In this document: piece after piece, positions 34,210 to 47,199 of the stretch
Layout: each line of letters starts with the position of its first letter
Numbering within the stretch: the first letter of the stretch is position 1
DNA from: Amoebidium appalachense
Taxonomy: Eukaryota > Protista > Ichthyosporea
Assembly (NCBI GenBank): GCA_963693365.1
Contig: CAVNZM010000005.1
Span: 8,412,334-8,476,333 of the forward strand
Direction of reading: 5' to 3'
Length of the DNA: 64,000 nt
Translations under genes and position numbers: made by a program
Notes under the pieces: model-generated
What the model saw: only the letters and a program-made list of their open reading frames with translations
Told to the model about the DNA's origin: nothing
Databases searched by the model: none

Positions 34210-35374
34210 GTTTCCTGTGTCAGCCATCTACATTATGCCCCATGTGACGAATGCACCATCCAAATGACTCGCCTCCCTCCTTCCACCTGTATTTAAACCC
34301 ACAATTTCTGTAACCAGCTGAAGTAAGTTCTTAAAAAATACACGCCATGTTTGCAAGCAACGGTTGTGCCATGTTTTTGCGAGGTGTGGATGGGAGAAGA
34401 ATGACGGGGCTACTGCGGAAATGGCAATAGATTAGATGCTGAGGTGCAAATGGTTTCAATCCCAGGAGCTTATATATATAAAGAACTAGTTACAGTGATC
34501 TGAAAGTCTATTCACGGCAGTTGCTTATCAGAAGAAGCGTAAGAAAGCACCGGCACACCGCGTCAGTCGCAAAACTGGTGGTCATTACCAAGATTCCCGG
34601 TGAGGTTTAGCTATGACTATGGCTTTGGGAGGTGCTGTGTTCAGCGCTCGTGCTTTGTTCAAATATCGACAAAAATACATGTGTATGTATGCTTCGACGC
34701 TGAGTGTACAGCATTAGCCAAACCTCAAGCAAAGCTGACTTCGTTTTTTTTTCTAGGGTTGGCAACCTGTTTATCTGTTTGTGCCACATTGAAGCTTCAA
34801 GAAAGTATGATCATGCATGACTCTTACAAGTTGAGACAAGAGCGACTCTACAAACACAGAGTGTCGCATCATTCTGACGTTGCGCGAGCTGATAAGAATC
34901 ATAAGATGTAGCATTGCGTGTTTAGTTCCGCCAATCAGAAATCTGTTATGGTGTTACCTCGCATTCCACCGCTAAAAAGGAACGCGACATGATTGTCGGG
35001 CACGCGGTTCAGATAAGCAAGGCAATCTGCAAATAGCATATGTAGAGGCTGTAAATGTGTGCATTTTCATATGTAATTGCACGTAAAAATAGTATTGAAT
35101 GAGTATAGCTACAATAAATAACATTATGCCCAGAGCCATTTGAGCTCGCATACTTCAACTGTTTTACGATATTGTGTGCTATTTATATCTAGGTTTCTAT
35201 TGGATGTTCGCACTATTGAGCCATCCAATCCAGTTTTGGTGCCGTTTGGCCAATCATTGTGAGAGGGTCTTTCCATTAATGATTGCGACATCGAAATGTG
35301 ATGGGAATATGAATTCGAACACCGATGGAATTCGAAGTTGGATGGTCACAGGCTCACAGCTTTCGTTACAATTG

Positions 35375-35925
35375 TACATCGTGATGTTTATTGATCAGGG
35401 GGGCTTCCGTGGCTGGGGTGACTCGATGTATATCTACGTCACATGTTAAGCGCACAAGAAAAGGATAGTGTGTGTCCTCACACGTGGATAAGGCTAGTAC
35501 GTGGGTGCAAACATGTAAGCATGTGGATGCATACTAGCTATATGGGGTGGGGGGGGGCGTCACATGTACAGTGTATATGTCAGGGACAGGCAAACCTCCA
35601 AGCCATCCCCTAACCACACGTGGGCGGGCTGCAGTGCCTCTGAGGATTACCTCACGTTGGTTCAAAACATAAAAGCAAAACATGGAAGCAGAGGCGACGC
35701 GAGAAGCAGACATAGATCTTCCGGATGTACATGTTGAAATATATCGTGATTGGGTATATACACGTAGTTTGCGCAAACGGCGGCTGTTCAGACTGAAGGA
35801 AAACACACGACTGGACAAGGAAAAGACTGAGGACGCCAGGTCCCGGAAGCCCCATTTACATCGTGATGTTTATTGATCTGGGGGGCTTCCGTGTCTGGGG
35901 TGACTCGATGTATATCTACGTCACA
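35375..35925. repeat. 69-bp direct repeat pair (35375-35443 and 35857-35925)
   Basis: tacatcgtgatgtttattgatc...gactcgatgtatatctacgtcaca occurs twice with about 2 substitutions. Confidence 0.85.
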
Positions 35926-35926
35926 C

Positions 35927-36315
<389 letters not shown>

Positions 36316-36339
36316 CCACAACAGGGCTGGGAGGGCGGG

Positions 36340-36756
36340 GAAATCAACAGAAAAAAGGACAGCTAGCTAAGGCAACTAGTTTGTGCGCTTTTACACTAGC
36401 ACCACCAAACTTAGTTCAACCAACTAACTCTACAAATCCCTTTTACCTCTGATGCCAGACACTCACACAAACGCTAAAACGAAAACCAAAGACTGAAATC
36501 CAAACGACATGTACTCCTTTTTATACCCGTTCCCACGATGCATTTTGGAATTTGAAGCCAGACTGAAGAAACCAATCAAATGCTTTAAAATCTGACCAAA
36601 TCAGAACATGCAATCAAAACCGAACCACATTAACTATATATGGAAACCAGCAATCCAACACAACTAATGCATGACAAATAACCAATCACCTCACCGCAAT
36701 GCCACTCGGTGGGTCTTCGTCTCTCACCGCTGCCTCCTCCCGCTTGAAAACCACAT
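36340..36756 (-). repeat. Split direct repeat A2
   Basis: Matches 45452-45868. Confidence 0.95.
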
Positions 36757-36952
36757 GCCGGAGGCAAGACCATTTCTTGCTACCGTCGTGGCTCCCCGAG
36801 ACTCATGGACATGAAATCAGAGGCAAGTACGGAAGTTTATTATTTTGAAAATAAAATAATTACTCTAAAAGAATATTATGAATAACTGTTGATGGACATC
36901 TAATGAACCATGAAAACTATGGTGTGTGTACGTGCATGTAAGTGCACGTACG

Positions 36953-37090
<138 letters not shown>

Positions 37091-37145
37091 CTACCCTAAA
37101 GAAGGAAACAGTGTCCCTAACGCGCAATGGCCAAGGACACCCCTT

Positions 37146-38497
37146 TTTTATTTTTTATTTTATTTTATCCCGTTTCACTCCCGGAGGCACTGCCTAAGGG
37201 GAGCTAACGTCTTCCACAGTAGACACACGAATGTGCTCTCTACATAGTGCAACTATAAGTCAGGATACATAATCCCGACTGTCACTACATATTCTGGCAA
37301 TTCTTAGCCCACGGGGTTGCCGCAGTCACGCTAGTGGGGATTGAGCAAACTCACTTCAACCAACACCTAGCCAGGAGTGACCCGGGGGAAAATAAAAGGG
37401 TATAAGCAAGAAAAAATGTTCGGAAAGTTAGAAACAATACAATAAGACGAAGCAGTGTGTTCGTGCTGCTCTGCATGGTGGAAAAGAAAGAAAGAAGAGC
37501 AGTGTGTTGGTGCTGCTCGGCATGGTAGAAGACTAGAGCAGGGTGTTGGTGCTGCTCGGCATGGTAGAAGACACTAGAGCAGGGTGTTGGTGCTGCTCGG
37601 CATGGTAGAAGACAATAGAGCAGGGTGTTGGTGCTGCTCGGCATGGTAGAAGACACTAGAGCAGGGTGTTGGTGCTGCTCGGCATGGTAGAAGACACTAG
37701 AGCAGGGTGTTGGTGCTGCTCGGCATGGTAGAAGACACTAGAGCAGGGTGTTGGTGCTGCTCGGCATGGTAGAAGACTAGAGCAGGGTGATGGTGCTGCT
37801 CGGCATGGTAGAAGACACTAGAGCAGGGTGTTGGTGCTGCTCGGCATAGTAGAAGACACTAGAGCAGGGTGATGGTGCTGCTCGGCATGGTAGAAGACAC
37901 TAGAGCAGGGTGTTGGTGCTGCTCGGCATGGTAGAAGACACTAGAGCAGGGTGTTGGTGCTGCTCGGCATGGTAGAGGACACTAGAGCAGGGTGTTGGTG
38001 CTGCTCGTCATGGTGGAAGAAGACAGCATGAAGTTCGTGCGGCCTATTGGTATTCTTATGTTTTTCTAGAGTTTTTGACGCTTTAGTAAATTTCGTTTTT
38101 CCTGACAAAGTGCCCATGTCGCAAAACTAATAACTCGTGTTGTACTAGTCCTACGGCAACGGCTCAAACACGGCCATGTTGCCAGCGTTTGGCTCTATGC
38201 AATGGTGTGCATGCCGCCCCTTGTGCGTAAATGTGGTGGAGTGTGGATGCAGCGGCGCCCGGCCATTTACGAAACACGTGTCGTGTTTTGTGCCTGGTCG
38301 CGATGGCCCTGTGCGTTGTTAAAATTTAAGAGAATAGGAATGTGCAAAATACGCATCTTGATTGGTTGCATTTTATCTGATGAGCCCGGAGTGGCGATCT
38401 TATTGGATAGTTAACTGCTATTTTTAAGGAATCATACTGCTTGTTCACCGATCACATATGGTTTTGATGTGATCGGGAGCCCGACATGGCGCGACTG
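37146..38497 (-). mobile_element. Non-coding TPRT retroposon, copy 2, inserted in repeat B1
   Basis: 13-bp TSD AAGGACACCCCTT at 37133-37145 and 38498-38510; the empty site is visible in B2; A-rich tail on the minus strand; about 14 units of the 41-bp minisatellite at ~37450-38027. Confidence 0.92.
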
Positions 38498-38632
38498 AAG
38501 GACACCCCTTCATGTATCCAAATCTACCTAACTTGCTTTTGTGATAGTTTTAAAGCTTTGTGAATTCCTTTGTGTTTCTGAGCTCTACAGTGTACTCACC
38601 CGGGCTTGGCCGTATGTGTAGGAAAATAATAA

Positions 38633-41600
38633 TTAGCACTGGAGTAATTCTGATTCCCACACACTGAGTGCATCCTCGGTTCTGACAAACGCATCCATAT
38701 AGTATCTTGGATAGAAGTGGTGAATGGCCGCCAAAACCGTTCGACAGTGGGCCAGCCCATTGTGCAGCCGTGAAGGTCTTGGATCATAATACAGCTCTGC
38801 AGCATAACTGCTTAGAAGCTCATCAATAACCCAGACATTTTCGCACCGGTCGATACCCCGGGTAGTCTTACACCAGCCAGCAAATCGGTCTAGCACCCTA
38901 TCATAATGACGGATGATAGCTGATTGTCTGTCGATGTTCAATACCCGTGCCACCCTGGGACTCGGAACGATTGCGCGTGACGGTTCATCCGCGGGGTTAT
39001 GTGCTGACGGCACCCACACCCAGGATGGACGCACTGCTGCTGCGCACAGGAGAGTTGCCACTCTTCTACAGAGGTGGTTCAGGCGCCGAGAGCTTGATCT
39101 CCCCTTCGCCACAGCATACACCAACGCTGTGTTGTCAATCAGATGTGCGACCCGTGTGTGATGATTACGTGGAGCTCGTACAAAACGACGAAGTGACAAA
39201 AGCAACGCATGTCCCTCTAAAATGGTGATGTGATCTGTGTGCTGCCACCGTGCGGAAATGGGATGGTACCACTGCAAGCCATCCACCATCTCCAACAAGC
39301 TAGCGGCGCATGCGGGGGGCTCCGGCTCAAGTGACTGGGGAACGGAGGTGGGCTCTTCAATTTCATTTGCAACATAAACATCGCTGCGCTCGACCGATGA
39401 CGGCATATAACGAGGGTCGCCGGCCTTTTTTTCTCCCCGTCGAGGGAAAGAAAGGAATACCCGGGTTTTGAGACGGACTGGGACAGCGCCAATAACGATT
39501 GCTCGACCGTGACATTGGCAACCGACACCCCTGCGCCAGTCATGGACGCATCCGAGGCCAGCACGACGGAGGCTGGCTGAGCCGACAGATCACACACCAC
39601 CAAGGGAGATAATGCAATCAACATAGACAATTCGACCTTAACTGCGAGGGGAATAGTGAGATCTGTCAGTGGCGTCGTGGCATTGGAGTAAACAAACTCG
39701 TAGCAAGATTCCAACACTGAGAAAAGGCACCTATTCAAAAGTAACAACCAAGCCCAGCCCCCCAACAACCGGGATAAATTTCGTGGAGACACTGCTTGCA
39801 GGCGTAAAACGACTTCAGTGTCAGCCAGAAGCTTGGCTAGCTTAGAAGAGTCGGGTCGAATTTTACCGTCGGACCCAATGGCGAGACCGAGTGCCACCGT
39901 TTCGGGTGTAGTTCGGGCTGCTCGCACCGTCTTTGACGGCTTGATTTCGAATCCGTTTTCCTCGCCTGCTAGCCCCGCTGCTGTCATCTCCGAATTCACC
40001 CTAGATTCTTCGAACCCTATCCCCACCCAATCATCAACGTAGATCAAATGAACGGAATCCGATTGGTTGCTCATGGAATGTGCCGGCGGAAAATTTGATT
40101 GGATGCATCTGTCGACCCGAAGAGGAGGGTGGATCATGAAATCGTGAGACCTCTGGGCAAGAAACGGGGCCCATTTCCACCCCATCGGCATCGACAAGAC
40201 ACGTGGGAACACCAACCGATCCAAGCCAGGCAACCCCGCCGCCTTGGAGGAGACCGGTGTAAACAACTGTACACATGAACTGTACATGTTTACTAAAGAA
40301 TGTGATCTACTAGCACACGATTCGTGCTTTGTCATGAATATCACATAAATATTATGTCCGCACCAATAGGACTCACTCTGACCTAAGAATTGAACCATAT
40401 ATGGTTCTTCCGCTGCATACCACATAAACGAAGTGAACCAATAAGAGGTTTGCATAAATAGGACAAAGGTCTGACTGGCTCGGACCGCACCAGAATCACG
40501 AATGGCATGTTGCCACCCGCGCTGGCCGCGGATGAACCAATCCTGGGCCTTGATCCGAAACCTGGGGGCTATATAAGAAAGCCGTCCCAGTACGGGGATC
40601 ACATCAGTGAAGTCTGAGACAGACTGAGTCGGCCCATAGTAAAAGCAACCTGGCCGCGTGTGCCTTTCTACCCGTTCTCTGTCTTTATTTTAATTCAGTT
40701 GTACTCTGCCTTATCCTAACTAGTCCAACTGTTTACATTGGCGACCGCGCAGTTCAAGAATCTCGCATCCTTCGAATCTCACATCTTTCAATCAGTTCAA
40801 GAATCTCACATCTTTCAATCAGCTCAAGAATCTCCCATGGCCGATCACAATCCTTATTACCCCGATGATAGGCACATCTTTCCTTGTCCGGCTTAGAATA
40901 TATACACCGACAAGTTTGAAGTGGCCAGCCCACCTACACGGAAAGAATTGAAAACATGTAAAACGGCTTTTGCTACGACACAAAAAAAAATGTGAAGAAA
41001 AACGAATACACAACGAAACAACGAATACACGAACAAACGAATAAAGAATTGCTAACGAAGCAATGAACCAACGAAAAACGAACCATCACGAATACACAAC
41101 GAAATAACGAATTAACGACAAACGAATGCATAGAGGAAATACGAAATAAACGCAACACGAAAATAAAACGAAGGAACGAAGTTATGAAACGACGAAAAAC
41201 GAAAAACGAAAGCAAAATGAAATGGAAACACGAAAATGAAAAAGAACGAATGCACAACACTGCTTAGGTTGCAATGCACACGGCCCCCGCTATGTTACGA
41301 AGACAAGGAAACTGTTGCTCTTGCGTGCATTGCGCTATTGCACACTGTCATCGTGTCCATGCCACTGCGTGCACGTCCACACTCGCAACTCAGATGCACG
41401 GCCACTTTCAGCACAAATGCACTTAAAGAAGAAGATAGTTGCTGTTGCTATAGCATGTAGGACCTAAGATCTTATGAAAGTAGTGTTGCATGCATGCTTC
41501 AAATCCCTTGCTGTTGTCGAATACAGCATGCCCCATAGTTTAGCGCACAGGATGCACAACATGCGCATGAATGTATGCTGGCATGCCTAAACACATTACG

Positions 41601-44600
41601 AACATATGCCTCATGTATGGCCCTTCCAGGTGCCATGCCCAAACGAATTTGCACTCTTGGTGCACAGAAGGCATGTTGTTAATAAAGTCGATGCAGAACT
41701 TTTGTTCGTGCATGTGAAAGACAAACGAAGGTGTGGGGTACAAATTTAATGGTACTTGCCAGTCTGTGGCAATACTGTAACATAAGAATTACACTGTCAA
41801 GCCTTGCACTAGCTGCCGGCACACCCCCACCAGAATAAAAGAATGTGGTATGGGCACCGTTCCCTCACAACCCCAGCATACAGTGTCAGTATTTTGGCTG
41901 GAAGCCTTTCAGTTTCGAATTACGAATACCCTCCTTCACTACTGAAGAAATTGACGTGGAAGACGAATACGAATACGAATGCAAGGTGTTGTTGACTAAC
42001 ACATCGGACCATCATGTGTACCTAGGCCCTGGTACGGAGGTGACCATGTTATTCCCTTGCAATATGATGACACTGTAACAATTTAGCACGTGCATACCCC
42101 ACCAATGGGCACATGCGGGAGACAACCCCACAAGCTGCCTTATTGGGCACCTCTGCTAAAACGAATATTCTTCTCACGAAGGAACAGAAGAATGTCACGA
42201 ACACGAACCACACACTCCCCAGGCAGCTACTTACGTCTGATGTATGAAAGTAGTAGGTGTGTGAATGGGGTAACTCCATGAACACCAACACGAAAGAAAG
42301 CACAGCACAAAGCAGTTCCACGAACTAGAATGGTTTTGGTTTTCCACACAACGAACAGAACCAACAGTAGGGCCACCTACAAATGAAGCAGAGGATGGGG
42401 CACCATCCAGACCTGCACTGGAGGATATGAAAACACGAAGCGCGCTCACGAAGTTGCTTACAAAAGAAAGGGCGACTGTGACGACTTTTCTTTTTAGGCC
42501 AAGCCTCCAGAAGAATGTATTATGCCTGGAATCCCCCTGCTCAACGAAAATGGCTGGCAAATGGGATACGAAAACTGCTCACGAATGGAAGCATGTGTTT
42601 TCTGAAGAAGGCTTGCTTTGCCTACCCTCTTCTTATGAATTATGAACCGGGTTTTTACTGGTTCTGACGGGCTGATATATTTCTTTATGTCGCCCAACGA
42701 AGAACACTTAGTGCATTTTTATTCATGTTATTCCCGGCTCCGATGATGCAGGGTTAAAGCTGAAAGGAAAGAAGTGCTCTTTGTTCATGAAAGAAGTGGC
42801 TTTTCCGGCCATGGTGATTCGCCTTACAGTCTTAAGGTAGAACCGGGATAAGGAGCAGTGGCTAAGCCTTGAAGCTATCCACCACTACCTGAGTACGAAG
42901 TGACCTAAGGCTTGAGTTATATTCATTATCGAATGTTTGGTATGATCATTCATCCACACAACTAAATTACTCGCAATTGAAAACGAATCTGCGGGAGTGT
43001 CCTAAAAAGGAAAATTCCCCAAAAAGGAAAATATTACTTCTACAGAAAAAGCCAAGCACAGAGACGAAGCGAACAAATTGCACGCACACTCTGCAACAAT
43101 CTTCGCCACGAAAATGAAATCACAGAAGAATGCTGCATGAATTTACGTTTTGGCAAATGAAGAAGTGCTCATAGACGTGCACAACTCTATTCAACCGTCC
43201 TTGCTCTGTTCTGCCCAGCAGCTCGGCGCACAGGAATTCTCGCTGAAGGTTGTTTATCGCCTCTCAGCCTGGTGGTTTGCTTGTCTAACGACACCACCAG
43301 GCTCCCGACAAGGGGGGGAGTGTAAACAACTGTACACATGAACTGTACATGTTTACTAAAGAATGTGATCTACTAGCACACGATTCGTGCTTTGTCATGA
43401 ATATCACATAAATATTATGTCCGCACCAATAGGACTCACTCTGACCTAAGAATTGAACCATATATGGTTCTTCCGCTGCATACCACATAAACGAAGTGAA
43501 CCAATAAGAGGTTTGCATAAATAGGACAAAGGTCTGACTGGCTCGGACCGCACCAGAATCACGAATGGCATGTTGCCACCCGCGCTGGCCGCGGATGAAC
43601 CAATCCTGGGCCTTGATCCGAAACCTGGGGGCTATATAAGAAAGCCGTCCCAGTACGGGGATCACATCAGTGAAGTCTGAGACAGACTGAGTCGGCCCAT
43701 AGTAAAAGCAACCTGGCCGCGTGTGCCTTTCTACCCGTTCTCTGTCTTTATTTTGATTCAGTTGTACTCTGCCTTCAAGTTATCCTAACTAGTCCAACTG
43801 TTTACAACCGGGGGGAGGCCTTGATACCACGACAACCACTCTGGAACCCGAAACCGATGATAGAAATTTGAAAAATCATACTTGGCTACAACCAGGACGG
43901 AATTTTTAGGGATGATGATGCTACACAAGTCCGACGGGCTGGGAAAAAGGGGATTGGGGGGATCAACCATAACTGCATTCATAGGACGGGCATCCATAAT
44001 AAGACGATCTTCTTTCTCATCTTTTTCAACTGCAAATAAACCATTTTTGACTTTCGGGGGCTCATCGGATTCCGAAAAAGCAATCATGCCACAATCAAAC
44101 ATTCGCTTGGCTAATAGGGGCCACTCATCTGGTGACGAGAAGGCAAAGACAGGACGCCCGGGAGTGGGGTGGGATTCCTCTGCACCCTTAGTGGTGCTCT
44201 CAGTCGCCCTCTGCCCCATCCCGCAAGCTCCGTGCACGGGCGACTCCTCGGTCGCAGTGGGCTCAGACCCACTCTCACCGTGACCCTCACTCGACTCTGA
44301 CACCACCAATGCATCGGGCGTCTCCAGCAACACCCTCAGGTCAGGGGGAAGGACCGAAAGGAGAGGGACAGTGGCACCAAATCCCGGAGGGGGAAGGGCC
44401 ATTCGTTCAGCAACTATGGGGGTGAAAGCTTTAGTATGGTTAAAGTATGGAAAAGAATCAGAAACGGCCGCTAAGGGGACATTGCTGATCCTGCGGCGCA
44501 TATCTGAGCAAGAAGAAAGAATGTGAAACATAGCTTTTTCTTGTGTTGGCGTGGGTGCATGGGAAAAGTGCGTGGGTTTAGGAGGAGGTGTGGGAAAAAA

Positions 44601-45032
44601 GTGAGTGGAAAAGAGAGGAGCTGTGGTGGAAATGTGTGTGTTTGCTGAGGTAGAGGCGTGGTGCACATGTTGCCGAACATCATCCCTAGGAGAGCCTAAC
44701 GAGCTAGGCAGCTCATTATTATACAAAGCATTGATTGATGCTATAGCTCTGTTTGCCACTTGAAATAAAATCCACTTCCTATTAAACCTACATCTACGTC
44801 TTGGAGACGTGAAACGACAACCGAGACCCAACAGCGGAACAGGAAATAAAGGGAGGGGTAACATATCTTGAGACACGTGTGGGAAAGAACCAAACTCAGC
44901 TGGTTCCGTGGCAGCTGTGTTCGGGAACGAAGGCTGTGGACCGTGGCCTCCCCCTGCCTCAGCTGGGCAGCTGCCGGAGGCGCAGGGGGGTACGAATCTG
45001 TGGAAGCTGGGCCTAGGCATCCTTGATGCCAT
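38633..45032 (-). pseudogene. Disrupted RT - RNase H - putative recombinase core-binding-domain ORF of the DIRS-order element (~950 aa reconstructed)
   Basis: RT motifs FAVEK..DRLIMDARPMN, KYDFSNFYH, PMGWKWAPFLAQ, IYVDD. RNase H motifs SDASMTGAG, HITILEGHA, LIDN, KGRSSSRRLN, WVPSAHNPADEPSR. Removing the LTR insertion plus one TSD restores the frame (GLPP|VSSK). One frameshift at a T7 run near 39425. Confidence 0.88.
40258..43806 (+). mobile_element. Non-autonomous LTR retrotransposon (LARD-like), copy 2, inserted in the DIRS RT domain
   Basis: LTRs at 40258-40737 (480 bp) and 43321-43806 (486 bp); TSD ACCGG at 40253-40257 and 43807-43811; PBS TGGCGACCGCGCAG at 40739; [14 protein letters not shown] at 43310-43320. 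Confidence 0.95.
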
Positions 45033-45451
45033 CGAGCACACACACGCGCCACCGTGACCCCCCCCGCGCCTCCCCACAGAGGGAGGCCGTGTGTTTACAC
45101 CGAGCTCGACTACCTAGTAGAGACCGTGCATTGACTCACAATGTCGTATATAAGAGGGTTCTGCTCGGGAAGAAGAGAGGCTCACTTGCCCATGTCAAGG
45201 AAAGCAGAGCACGTATTTGTAATGCTTGGAGTTCAGAAATTTCACTGTGACTGTATAGGCAGAGAAACAGACAAAATTTACGTAGTTTTTCACTATACAA
45301 GACTCCTCAGCGCTAGCGAGCTAATCAGCATGCTGAAGGGAAAAGACAAATGTAAAAGTCGTATTAATATCTAGAGCGAAAAAAGGAACCTTGAAAATGA
45401 GGAGAACGAGCTGGTTAACGTTGAGTTGCCAGAATTCGTGTGACAATTGCA

Positions 45452-45868
45452 GAAATCAACAGAAAAAAGGACAGCTAGCTAAGGCAACTAGTTTGTGCGC
45501 TTTTACACTAGCACCACCAAACTTAGTTCAACCAACTAACTCTACAAATCCCTTTTACCTCTGATGCCAGACACTCACACAAACGCTAAAACGAAAACCA
45601 AAGACTGAAATCCAAACGACGTGTACTCCTTTTTATACCCGTTCCCACGATGCATTTTGGAATTTGAAGCCAGACTGAAGAAACCAATCAAATGCTTTAA
45701 AATCTGACCAAATCAGAACATGCAATCAAAACCGAACCACATTAACTATATATGGAAACCAGCAATCCAACACAACTAATGCATGACAAATAACCAATCA
45801 CCTCACCGCAATGCCACTCGGTGGGTCTTCGTCTCTCACCGCTGCCTCCTCCCGCTTGAAAACCACAT
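45452..45868 (-). repeat. Split direct repeat A1 (5' end of the DIRS-order element)
   Basis: Matches 36340-36756. Confidence 0.95.
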
Positions 45869-46212
45869 TGTGTCATGTATGACTACTATCAACCAATAGT
45901 ATTAGTGTAGAATAGACTAAATATCGTTAATTTCAGAATGCGTTCTAGACCAATGGTATTAGAGTTAGGAATAGCCATTTGTGTAGGTTCCCGATCACCT
46001 TAGATCTGGCTCTTCAGGTTAAAGATATATTCGGGAGATATTCGATTTTAGGATAGCCAAGCCTTTTCAGTAACCCGCCATCAGTCTTCCGTTTAGTTCG
46101 ATCAGTTTCCATAGCCATTACGTGAGCATTACGTAAGCTTAGCCGACCCTTCTAGACGTCTTAGCCCTCTTAGCATTATATATAGGATTTAGGGTGCAAT
46201 CCTTGTGCCGCA

Positions 46213-46933
46213 TGTCGTATCCTAATGTATGTGTACTAGAGACGCGGCACTCTACTAAGTGTACACACACGAAAAGGAACGAACGTGTACAGAAAAACGG
46301 TAAAGTTTATTAAGACCAGGCTCCGACGGGCAAACTTAGATCCGTACGGATTGAGTCTAAGTTACGACTGAGGCCATCAAGGCCGTGCCCTACAAGATCA
46401 TCATCACCTGGCCCCCTACGATGCCACATTCCATTAACATTCCGATCTACTTTTATCGTGCGCCTGCACGAGCTAAGTCGATCTACTCAACTAATATATT
46501 TATCCAAGTCTCACCCCTCACCCTCCCCCTAGTGGCACCGCAGAGTCTAAATCTACATTTCATACTATCCTCCCCCCCCCTCCCTCCCCCCCTTTCCTCT
46601 ACATCTACATATATAAATACGTTTGGCAACATATGCTATCAAACCTTGCCAATACTTACAAAAGGGCTTCTGCCCGAACAATCACATTCCTAAGTCCTCC
46701 TACGATCTATCCTACACACTAATTAGAATTCTATTGGACGGCTGTCCCGGCTGACGTGGTCCAATGCCCTGCGCCGGCAGAGGCAAGATGCACGCAGCTG
46801 CCAGACAGCTATCTTGAGGCCTCGGTCTTGATCTTGATGATCTGTGGACCCGGCCCCCCCCCCCCCCCCCCCCCCCCCCCCGATCTCGATCGTAGACTTA
46901 GGCTAATCTGCTGAGACGGATTAGTATATGTCA
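46213..46933 (-). repeat. 3' LTR of the Gypsy element
   Basis: Direct repeat of 53859-54584. Confidence 0.97.
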
Positions 46934-47199
46934 ACTCCCCCCCCGGCCCCCGGAAAAGCTGAGTCCCACCTCAGTCACATTACATCTAACACCCCCTAAA
47001 AAGACATAGACTAATCAGTCTCCCAAAAAAATTAAAATTAAATAAATTACGAAGAAAAATAATAAATTAATCTACACCATAAGCTTGATACCTACGGAGA
47101 CACCTATGATAATAAATTAAATTCCTACGACTACGTTCACACTCCTCCTCGGTCTCCCTCCCCCCTCCCCCTCCCCCCGTGTGTCTACGTGTATTTGCA

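Noticed and set aside
35682-35876. 64-aa ORF with faint BTB-like phrase (LPDVHVEIYRDWVYT)
   Set aside because: Too short, with no supporting exons; the similarity could be chance.
38375-38402. Hammerhead ribozyme at CTGATGAGCCCGGAGTGGCGATC in the retroposon
   Set aside because: The required GAAA is GATC and the motif is antisense to the retroposon.
39217-40602. 461-aa ORF as a genuine fusion protein
   Set aside because: It is a chimera of LTR sequence read into the interrupted DIRS RT frame.
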